Under the pieces are notes generated by a model. The model saw only the letters and a program-made list of their open reading frames with translations, did no database searches and was not told where the DNA came from. A stretch of 64,000 bases of DNA, from NCBI GenBank assembly GCA_029856125.1, contig JAHQWJ010000120.1:192001-256000 (forward strand). The letters run 5' to 3'. The DNA is from Promethearchaeia archaeon. GTDB lineage: Archaea > Asgardarchaeota > Lokiarchaeia > Sigyniarchaeales > SOKP01. Below are positions 50,544-58,833 of the stretch, piece after piece. A program made the position numbers and the translations under genes. How positions within the stretch are numbered: position 1 is the first letter of the stretch; each line of letters opens with the position of its first letter.

Positions 50544-51329
50544 ATGAGAGTGGATGATATCAGAGCAATATTAAATCGGTTGTTAAAAAAAGAGTGCTCA
50601 ATCGAAGAAGCTGAAAAATTGTTAAAAGCAAATGCTATTGAAGAGGTTGGAAACATTGCCAAATTAGATATTTTTCGAAAGTTACGTACTGGCGTTGTTG
50701 AGGTTATTTATGCAGAAAACAAAACTGCTCAGATGATTATAGAAATAATTTCTACCTTCTTAAAAAAAAATAAATTTGCCATTGTATCTAGGTATAAGGA
50801 CGATCAGAAGGCTTTAATTTTGAAAGAATTTGGTGGTAAAGAAGAATTATCATTAGTTGTTAACGATTTGGCTAAGATTGTAATAGTAAAAGAAAAAGAC
50901 TTAATATTTGAAAAGAAGGGTGGAAGAATTGGCATAATTTCAGCCGGAAGTTCAGATATCCCTATTGCTGAAGAAGCTAAAGTAATTGCAGATTCAATGG
51001 GATGTGTTGTATTTACTAGCTACGATTTAGGAATTGCTGGTATTCATCGTCTCTTTAAACCTCTCAGTGAAATGATTAAAGAAGATATTCATGTAATAAT
51101 TGTGTGCGCAGGGATGGAAGGAACCTTGCCTGGAATTGTTGCAGCCCTCGTTGACATTCCTGTAATCGGAGTTCCCATATCTAGCGGATACGGATTAGGG
51201 GAAAAAGGTATCGGTGCTTTAACAACGATGCTTCAATCGTGCTCACCAGGGTTATTAGTAGTCAACATTGACAATGGGTTTGGAGCAGGTGCCTCTGCAG
51301 CTTTAATAGCTAATAGCATCGCAAAATAA
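50544..51329 (+). CDS. larB: Nickel pincer cofactor biosynthesis protein LarB
   Basis: R.LRTG..EVIYAE.K, AGSSDIPIAEEA, GIAGIHRL, AGMEG.LP, P.S.GYG and VVNIDNGFGA motifs. Confidence 0.93.
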   Translation: MRVDDIRAILNRLLKKECSIEEAEKLLKANAIEEVGNIAKLDIFRKLRTGVVEVIYAENKTAQMIIEIISTFLKKNKFAIVSRYKDDQKALILKEFGGKEELSLVVNDLAKIVIVKEKDLIFEKKGGRIGIISAGSSDIPIAEEAKVIADSMGCVVFTSYDLGIAGIHRLFKPLSEMIKEDIHVIIVCAGMEGTLPGIVAALVDIPVIGVPISSGYGLGEKGIGALTTMLQSCSPGLLVVNIDNGFGAGASAALIANSIAK

Positions 51330-51452
51330 ATTTTCCATCTAAGAGTTTCTTCTTAATATTTGTAAGAGATTACAAATTTAGTATATTTTTATACCAAGTT
51401 AATTTAAAATTATTATATCTTAATATATAATTTTAAAAACTATAATAAAAAA

Positions 51453-52124
51453 GTGTATGTTATGGCACCTACACCAGCTTCTATTGAAGCATTATCGAAA
51501 CTGAGGCAGTTAAATCCTGTAACAGGATGGTATGTTGTTACTATTTTAGTTATTGTGTTATATATCTATGGTGTTGAGATCAAAAAAGCAAGAGAGACAA
51601 ATAATTGGAGCACTGTCTTTGCTGGTTTAACATTATTAGGACTTGATCTTATTAATGAAATATGGAACGGATTAGTATTTGCGTTTTCCAACTACTCGGC
51701 GTTTTGGACCACACCGGGAGCAAGTGCTTATATAATCTTAATTGGATGGAACATAGAAATCGCTTTCATGTTTTCGATCGCAGGCATTGTCTTCGCAAAA
51801 TTTCTACCAGATGAAAAAGAAAAGAAAATTTTAGGACTTCCAAACCGCTGGGCTATGGCAATCGGCTTTACACTATTTTCTGTGTTTGTCGAGATTCTAT
51901 TGAATTGGGGTAATTATTTAATATGGGAATATGTGTGGTGGAATTGGTACAACCCCATTTTAATCTTTCTTATCGGTTATTTTCACTTTTTTGTAGGTAC
52001 ATTTTATGTGTATGACCTTCCCGAAAGAAAAGACAAAATTAAGGTAGTAGGGGTTATTTACGGAATAGCTATCGTCCTTCTATGTATCTTCGGACCCTTA
52101 TTGATGCCTCTTGGTATTTTTTAG
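51453..52124 (+). CDS. Multi-pass membrane protein, Trp-rich
   Basis: About 6-7 TM helices; NEIWN...FWTTPG...GWNIEIAFMF motif. Confidence 0.75.
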   Translation: MYVMAPTPASIEALSKLRQLNPVTGWYVVTILVIVLYIYGVEIKKARETNNWSTVFAGLTLLGLDLINEIWNGLVFAFSNYSAFWTTPGASAYIILIGWNIEIAFMFSIAGIVFAKFLPDEKEKKILGLPNRWAMAIGFTLFSVFVEILLNWGNYLIWEYVWWNWYNPILIFLIGYFHFFVGTFYVYDLPERKDKIKVVGVIYGIAIVLLCIFGPLLMPLGIF

Positions 52125-52339
52125 CTTTCAAAAATCCTTTTTTTTTTATTTTTTTAATCAAATAACTATTTGAACTATCTTTTGCGGTATTCAAATGAAG
52201 ATAATTTAAAACTAACACAGATTTTGACCATTTTACACCTTATAAATTGAATGTGAAAGTATTTATATTTAGATTAACATAATTAATATTGAAATTACTA
52301 ATTCTAAATAATCTAAAAAAAAACTAACATACTATAAAG

Positions 52340-52882
52340 TTGAGACCTATGGTCGCAACAGTTGATAATTTTGAAAAGTCTAAAGAATTTTTTAAAAGTG
52401 GCGATATTCTTAATGCCTTAGAGAGCTTTACTAAAGCATTAAATGGTTCAGATACTTCTAAAAGCACCGTTAAAAAAGAACTAATTTTGTTTTTGGAAAA
52501 TCTGTTACAGTATAGCAAGGATAACAATCTTCGAGACGAAGAAGCTATGGTTTTAAGAACTTTGGGAAGAACTCATTCTAAATTTAGAAATCACGTAGAA
52601 GGTTTAAAATATTCGTATCAGGCATTAAAAATTCAAAAAAAAATTGGAAGAAAGTTAGATATTGCTGAGAGCTTAGTTTTTCTTGCTGAAGACCTCGAAA
52701 TTTCAGGTAATTACGACGAATGCGCAAAATCTTTTACTGAAGCTGCCGAAATTTTTCAAGAGTTAGGGAAATTTAATAAGGAAGCAGAAATTAAAGAAGA
52801 AATTAATCGGCTGAAAGATTTTTCTGAAGAAATGGTTAAGGACGAATTTAATTTAAAGAAATTCAATATTGATAATTACTAA
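52340..52882 (+). CDS. Tetratricopeptide-repeat protein
   Basis: TPR-like helices (LRTLGR.H..F....EGLKY...ALKI..KIG; AKSFTEAAEIFQELG). Confidence 0.75.
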   Translation: MRPMVATVDNFEKSKEFFKSGDILNALESFTKALNGSDTSKSTVKKELILFLENLLQYSKDNNLRDEEAMVLRTLGRTHSKFRNHVEGLKYSYQALKIQKKIGRKLDIAESLVFLAEDLEISGNYDECAKSFTEAAEIFQELGKFNKEAEIKEEINRLKDFSEEMVKDEFNLKKFNIDNY

Positions 52883-52965
52883 AGCAATCCAAGTATGGCC
52901 ATTAAATTTAAAAAAATCCTTTTTTTTTTGATTTTATATTTTATGAGTAGAGTATGCTACGGCTA

Positions 52966-54252
52966 TTAGTTATTCTTGTAAAGCATTTCTATCACATTTT
53001 GACAATAAAACAGTATTTCTTTAACAGTCAGAGATGTTTCTTTGCTGATTACACTTAAATCTTCAAATTCAGGTTTAACATTGATAACTTCTGTTTTTTC
53101 TCCTTTTTTAATGAAAGAAATTTTCAAATTCAAATCATACCAATTACCATTAATTTCTATTTTTTCTTTCACATTCTTGCGATCAACGCAAACACGCTTG
53201 CTTGAATAGAACCTTACGCCAAGCGTACCCAACTCTCTTAAAGTTTTAAGTATTAAATCATAATTATGAGAAGGATCACATATAATTTTGATGACGTGGC
53301 CAGGGCGATTTTTCTTAGTAATACTTGGGATTATTTGAATGTCTAAAATATCTTCATTTCCTAAAATATTTACAAAATTACCTAAAATTTCTCCAGATAC
53401 ATCGTCTACAGCTGTTTCTAGAATACTAACTTCCTCAACATAATTACTTATAGGATGTAACTCTTTAGAACGCATTGAATCTTTTATCTCTCCGTAAAAC
53501 AAACGAAGTGTATTCGAAAAAGCGTTAAACTCCTTTTGACCCGTCCCGCAGGATATCTTTAGCAAATTCATAGAGGGAACAAATTCTGAATAGGTCGGAT
53601 GCAAATTTACCAATAGCGCTGCTCCGGTAGGGGTTACTAGTTCCGATTCAATAGGTCCTCCTTTTATAGACAAACTAGAGTTTTCTAATATTTTTACTGT
53701 AGCTGGAGCGGGGATAGGTAAGATTCCGTGGGCACTTTTTATTTTTCCGCCACCAAGAGGTACTTCGCTACAATAATATGAGAAATCCGTGTTAAATCCT
53801 CCTATTGTATCAATAACTTTCGTTACTCCCAAAATATCAATCAATGTGTCAACTGAGCTTAATTCGTGAAGGTGAATGTTTTCAATTAATTTTCCGTGAA
53901 CTTCAGCTTCAGCTTTAAATAAAGTGCTTAAGACTTTCTTTGCAAACGCTTTAGCCTGTTTCGAAAAGCTGTTCTCATTAAGATACTCCTCGAGAGCGTT
54001 CGAGAGATCCTCCGGAGTTCTATGCGTTTTAGATTCCTCTATTGTTATTTCAAGTTTATTAGTCTCTAACCCCATCCTTTTAACGATCCCTAGATCAAGT
54101 TCTAATTTAGATACTCCTTTTAATTTTTTCTTTAAATCTTTTAAACCTGTGAGGATTTGGGTTGAATCAGGTATTAAACCTAATAACGATGCTAATAACA
54201 TATCCCCTGAGATTCCTGAGTTAGTTAAATCAAAAAATATAGATTTCATCAC
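52966..54252 (-). CDS. larC: Nickel pincer cofactor nickel insertase LarC (fused C1+C2)
   Basis: GISGDM, AEAEVHG....IHLHEL...D, AHG.LP.PAPAT, ELVTPTGAA, ETAVDD, KKNRPG, TLGVR and KPEFED motifs. Confidence 0.93.
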   Translation of the reverse strand: MMKSIFFDLTNSGISGDMLLASLLGLIPDSTQILTGLKDLKKKLKGVSKLELDLGIVKRMGLETNKLEITIEESKTHRTPEDLSNALEEYLNENSFSKQAKAFAKKVLSTLFKAEAEVHGKLIENIHLHELSSVDTLIDILGVTKVIDTIGGFNTDFSYYCSEVPLGGGKIKSAHGILPIPAPATVKILENSSLSIKGGPIESELVTPTGAALLVNLHPTYSEFVPSMNLLKISCGTGQKEFNAFSNTLRLFYGEIKDSMRSKELHPISNYVEEVSILETAVDDVSGEILGNFVNILGNEDILDIQIIPSITKKNRPGHVIKIICDPSHNYDLILKTLRELGTLGVRFYSSKRVCVDRKNVKEKIEINGNWYDLNLKISFIKKGEKTEVINVKPEFEDLSVISKETSLTVKEILFYCQNVIEMLYKNN

Positions 54253-54409
54253 ATGCTCACTCTCATGATTAAAATAGGTGAATTTGTACCTAGTACTATA
54301 AATAAAAGAACAATACTAAAAATAATAAACCGTTGTTATTTTATAATAAATTGTACTTAATTTCAATTTAATAGTTATATATTTATGAATAAAAGAGAAA
54401 TGATTAGTT

Positions 54410-55144
54410 ATGAGTGAACTTCAAACTATCAAATGTTACCTAGATCAAATACCTTCCACTTTTATAAAGTTGTTGGGCATCGATCCGCCATCTGGAATAA
54501 TTCCAGAACCTGTTAATGAGGTTGTTGATCTTTATCAAGGTATTGAACGAATAAGTGTAAGCATAATTGATAATTTTGGTTTATTTGAACTCACATTTAA
54601 TAAGCCCGAATTTATGATAACAAATTCTCAGGTGATGTTGCTTCTCTCCACCAAAAACCCTTATACTTTAGGCGTACTACATCAAATGATGTATGGAGGA
54701 TTCGAATTTGAACCCAACGGATTTCATTTGTTAAGATATCTAAACGAACATGGAAAGAAATCATGCTTTGTTGGAAGAAAAAAAGACATAGCCAGATACG
54801 ATGGAGGAACTCATTCAATTCCAAAAGAAACGGATATGGCTACATGGGTTGAATCTGCGAAGGTTATAAATACTTTTGAAATGTCTTGGATGCATTATTT
54901 AGATTTTGAAAATCTTCACAAACAACAACAAGCATTAAAACAAAGAACTCCCGAGGACTTGATTGATAAATTAATACTTCGTACTGACAAATGGATTTTA
55001 GGGAACTACAAGCAACTTAGAAATAATTCTCTAATGGTAATTCTAGGAGATCACGGTAGAGTTAAATTAAATCTCGAATATTCGGGGAAAATAGCACAAT
55101 GGCGGGAAGCAAGTGTACCGATAGCTATTATAATTAGGAAATAA
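54410..55144 (+). CDS. Divergent, shortened alkaline-phosphatase-superfamily protein
   Basis: IPST..LLG N-terminus, IIDNFG, ILGDHG and terminal VP.AII. Confidence 0.55.
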   Translation: MSELQTIKCYLDQIPSTFIKLLGIDPPSGIIPEPVNEVVDLYQGIERISVSIIDNFGLFELTFNKPEFMITNSQVMLLLSTKNPYTLGVLHQMMYGGFEFEPNGFHLLRYLNEHGKKSCFVGRKKDIARYDGGTHSIPKETDMATWVESAKVINTFEMSWMHYLDFENLHKQQQALKQRTPEDLIDKLILRTDKWILGNYKQLRNNSLMVILGDHGRVKLNLEYSGKIAQWREASVPIAIIIRK

Positions 55145-55171
55145 GTATGTACTATTTTTATAAAAATTAAG

Positions 55172-55705
55172 ATGTTTAAAATGGAAGAATATAAGCGTTT
55201 TACAGTTTCACTTCCTAAAGATTTATACGACAAGTTTGAAGCTTTCAGGAATAATATTGGTATTTCGAGATCAGATAGTATTAGGAAAGCGATGTATACT
55301 TTAATGGCTAGTGAAGAGAGTATTACGAAAGCTTCTGGGAATGTTGTTGGTTGCATCCCTATAATTATGCTTCATGAACATTTTACTGATAAGCATGAAA
55401 AGGAAGATTCCGCAGAACGCTCTCACGAGATAAATCATGATGATAAACACCACGATCACGAATACGATTCCAGACCAATATACGCCTCTGTCCAACAAAC
55501 AGACGAAATTTTAAAAAACGATATTCAACATCATTTCTATGATGTTATTACATCAACTTTACACGTACATCTTGAATTTGAAAAATGTTTAGAAATTATA
55601 GCTGTGTCTGGACCCTTTGAAAGAGTAAAAAAACTTAAGGAAGCTTTGCAAAGATTAAGGAGTATCGTGTCGATACAATTTTTTATCATTGATAAAGAAT
55701 TTTAA
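55172..55705 (+). CDS. nikR: NikR-family nickel-responsive regulator with His-rich insertion
   Basis: RHH domain RFTVSLP..L...F.....SRS..IR; C-terminal QH.F...I.STLHVHL...CLEII.V.G. Confidence 0.88.
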   Translation: MFKMEEYKRFTVSLPKDLYDKFEAFRNNIGISRSDSIRKAMYTLMASEESITKASGNVVGCIPIIMLHEHFTDKHEKEDSAERSHEINHDDKHHDHEYDSRPIYASVQQTDEILKNDIQHHFYDVITSTLHVHLEFEKCLEIIAVSGPFERVKKLKEALQRLRSIVSIQFFIIDKEF

Positions 55706-56016
55706 TGTTAATTTAAGTAATACCATCGACGTGGATGATCTTACATAAAAGAAAGAGAAAAGAATAAAAAATTTTCTTCAAACAAGAAAAGAACAAAGAT
55801 AAAGATAAGGCGATTTATGAAGAATTTTTTATTCTATTAGATTGTGTGTGTGTTATAACTACAATGACATATTTATAATAAAAATAAGCATACATTGAGA
55901 AATTAGTAATTTTTCAGAATTAAAAAAAAAGAATGATTTTAATTAAATTTAATAAAAATATTTTTCCTTACAGGTGATTATTTTAAATAGATTTGCAGTT
56001 CTATGAGTGATCTTCT

Positions 56017-56214
56017 TTACAGATCTTTCTCTTGGACTGTTTTTCTACCGTTTGCTTTTGCTCGACCAATCGCTTTATCGAGTATACCAATTAAGGCATT
56101 ATTGAGTGCTGGACCATCAATTACATCTCCAGATGTGTTACAATCCTTAGATTTGATATATTCTCGAACTTTGGATTTTACGAATAAAACATCAACTGCA
56201 GCTTTTTTAGCCAT
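56017..56214 (-). CDS. Atypical small histone-fold protein
   Basis: LFVKSKVREYIK...NTSGD...LDKAIGRAKANGRKTVQEKDL (RxTxxxxD motif); GGAGG RBS. Confidence 0.88.
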   Translation of the reverse strand: MAKKAAVDVLFVKSKVREYIKSKDCNTSGDVIDGPALNNALIGILDKAIGRAKANGRKTVQEKDL

Positions 56215-56330
56215 TTTTTATTCCTCCTTTAATTATTTAAATATGTTTTAAAAATAAATTAGTGTTTAAAGAATATTTCTCCTACTCCTATTTAAAGTTA
56301 GTTGAAAAAACATCATAGAAGGTTAATATT

Positions 56331-56543
56331 TTGGGTATACCAGCGATCTAGAATAGAGATGTTAAATTGAAATTTAACAAGGTGTACTCAATGATCTTTA
56401 GGATTTGTGTATAGGCAAGGTAATTCATATGATAGAGTTGCTACTTATGTAGTATCTTCTTACTTGAAAGTACAAGAGTTGTTCAAGCTATTTTAAAATA
56501 TTTTTTGATTATATGAACAAACTCATCTAATTTTGATTAGATG
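56331..56543. ncRNA. Candidate structured non-coding RNA / multi-hairpin element
   Basis: An 11-bp helix (56331-41/56381-91) encloses two hairpins, followed by four more stems. No ORF is present. Confidence 0.3.
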
Positions 56544-56625
56544 TATTTTTCTAATTTTAAAAATTAACAGTTTTAACTACGAATAACGAATCAAAAAGTA
56601 AGAGGAATTATTATAAAACTTTGGC

Positions 56626-57624
56626 ATGAATTTTAAAAATCCTGTTTTAACAAGAGCACCAACAAGAATCTGCGACATTGGAGGATGGACAGACACTTGG
56701 TTTTACCCAAAAGGAGCTGTATTTAGTTTTTGTGTGGATCTCTATAGCTATGTAAGACTTGTAGAAAATTCAAGTAAGACGATAAAAATTTTTGCTGAGA
56801 ATCTTAAACAAAGCGCTGTAATTCTAAATTTAAAAAAAATTGAATACAATGGTGTTTTGGATTTGTTAAAAGCAGCGATTAAAAGAATGAATATAGAAAA
56901 TGGTTTGGATATTTTTGTGAGAGCAGACGCACCACCGGGATGTGGGACAGGTACTAGTGCGAGCGTTGCGGTTACTTTAATTTCTGCCTTAGCCACCTAT
57001 AAACGATTAAATATGGATCAAAACAATATTGCTACTTTAGCACATAAACTCGAAACTGAAGAACTTGAACTTGAAAGTGGAGTTCAAGATCAGTATGCTG
57101 CCGCTTATGGAGGGATAAATTTCATGGAAATTGATTATCCTGAAGTAAAACTATTAAAAATAAAGATTAATAAGAAGCGTATTCTTGAACTTGAAAAGCA
57201 GTTTATCTTAGTCTATTTTGGTTCAAGAAGTTCGAGTAAAATGCATGATGCAGTTATAAGTAATTATAAAAATCGAGATAAGGCTACGCTCAATTCTTTT
57301 GAAATCATGAAACAGTGTGCATATGAAATGAAAGCCTCAATTAACTCTGACATTGAAATCCTTGGAGAGATTATAAATAGAAATTGGGATGCTCAGAAAT
57401 CTCTCCATCACTTAATGATTAATCCTATAATAAAGAAAGCAGAAAAAATTGCTAAGAGTAATGGTGCTATAGGATTTAAGTGCAATGGTGCAGGTGGAGG
57501 TGGTTCAGCTACCATTTTAGCTGAAAGTGGATACGAATATCAGATCAAAAAAAAATTAGTTGAAAACGGTTATACAATCTTGCCATGTAAAATGAGTTTT
57601 ACTGGCGTTAGAAGTTATGACTAG
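56626..57624 (+). CDS. GHMP kinase, D-glycero-alpha-D-manno-heptose-7-phosphate kinase (HddA)-like
   Basis: RAPTRI...GGWTD, PPGCGTGTS, GVQDQYAAAYGGIN and GAGGGG motifs. Confidence 0.85.
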   Translation: MNFKNPVLTRAPTRICDIGGWTDTWFYPKGAVFSFCVDLYSYVRLVENSSKTIKIFAENLKQSAVILNLKKIEYNGVLDLLKAAIKRMNIENGLDIFVRADAPPGCGTGTSASVAVTLISALATYKRLNMDQNNIATLAHKLETEELELESGVQDQYAAAYGGINFMEIDYPEVKLLKIKINKKRILELEKQFILVYFGSRSSSKMHDAVISNYKNRDKATLNSFEIMKQCAYEMKASINSDIEILGEIINRNWDAQKSLHHLMINPIIKKAEKIAKSNGAIGFKCNGAGGGGSATILAESGYEYQIKKKLVENGYTILPCKMSFTGVRSYD

Positions 57625-57708
57625 CTTGGCCTTATTGAATGACGATACTAATTCTAATCGAATCTACTACGGTTTATCTTTAATTTATATTGGAGAAGAT
57701 GCTTTTTT

Positions 57709-57954
57709 TCATCGAGTAGGAATTATATTATCTTTATGGGAATAAAAAGAGTTATTCATGGCGTATTGATTTGCTTCTTGTATACTTTCGTAGAAAATAT
57801 CTAGTTTATCTTTTTCCAAATCGTTATAGGAATATTAACCAATTGAGCCATACAATTTTTTAATGAGATATTCCGGCTTATTAAGGTTATAAGTAAGTTC
57901 AGCAAGAATATCACTCAATTCTAAAATAATATCTTCATCTATCATTACTTTCAT
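57709..57954 (-). pseudogene. Possible decayed small gene
   Basis: ATG 57954 lies 5 nt downstream of the preceding stop. It reads MKVMIDEDIILELSDILAEL...GSIG* (TAA at 57835-57837) and continues in frame YSYNDLEKDKLDIFYESIQEA... Confidence 0.3.
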
Positions 57955-57959
57955 CTTTT

Positions 57960-58742
57960 TTATTCAATTAAACCGTGACTTCGTGCTATTTCTTCAAACA
58001 TCATCAAAGTGCGATACATTTCCCCAGGAACTGCATCCATTAAATTCGCTTGAATTAAATTTGCACGGAATTTAGGATATAAATGGTTCAAATTCCCAAA
58101 ACCCATTGTATCGTCCATTAAACCAGCTAATGAAAATACTTCAATAAGATTATGAATTGTATCTATGTTGGTATTAGTATTTATATTATTTATCTCATGA
58201 GCAACACTCGCGATATCAATTGAAGCTAATGTTTCACGTTTTCTCTTTTGCATTTCAAATTCTTTTGTCATTCTTTGGGGAGGAAATAATGTAAAGCTAT
58301 GGAGCATTTCTTCAAACATTGGAGATATTTCGTTAAAATTAACTTTATCAGCAAAGAAATAGAGAGCATATGATCTTTGTTCATGCAATATGTAATTTAA
58401 CTGAATAATAACATCATAAGGTGGTTGAAATCCTTTAACCTTTAGAGTATAGCTCAATTTTTCTTTAAAGTCAATTTTGTGTATTTCCTCAATGATTTCA
58501 AAATTTTTCAAATATAAACGCAAGTTTCCAATTGCTTCTTTTATATAGTTCTTATATTTCTTGGGTTTTCCACGATAAGGATTAACTAAAGGCATTAACA
58601 TTTCATTAAAGCGTTCACTATTTTCTTCGTATATCGCCATAATAAGAGGGCTTGGATTTCTAGGATCTTCCTGTACTATCCAACTACTAGGATATTTAAT
58701 TTCAAAACCGTTCTTAGGATCACTATAAATTAGAAATTTCAT
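57960..58742 (-). CDS. PsbP/DcrB-like domain protein with helical C-terminal domain
   Basis: YSDPKNGFEIKYPSSW N-terminus and 'FEEMLHSF' end of domain. Confidence 0.7.
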   Translation of the reverse strand: MKFLIYSDPKNGFEIKYPSSWIVQEDPRNPSPLIMAIYEENSERFNEMLMPLVNPYRGKPKKYKNYIKEAIGNLRLYLKNFEIIEEIHKIDFKEKLSYTLKVKGFQPPYDVIIQLNYILHEQRSYALYFFADKVNFNEISPMFEEMLHSFTLFPPQRMTKEFEMQKRKRETLASIDIASVAHEINNINTNTNIDTIHNLIEVFSLAGLMDDTMGFGNLNHLYPKFRANLIQANLMDAVPGEMYRTLMMFEEIARSHGLIE

Positions 58743-58833
58743 AATTTCTCAGAATATTTGTCTTGATAATTTTTATGGGGAGTAATTATTTAAATATTTA
58801 ATTGGAATTAATAAATAATATATATGACAAAAA

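Noticed and set aside
52340-52882. Alpha-SNAP homologue
   Set aside because: Only generic TPR similarity; too short and lacking SNAP-specific features visible by eye.
55706-56016. Purine-rich tract and short (TG)n run
   Set aside because: No open frame, periodic repeat or stable structure was found.
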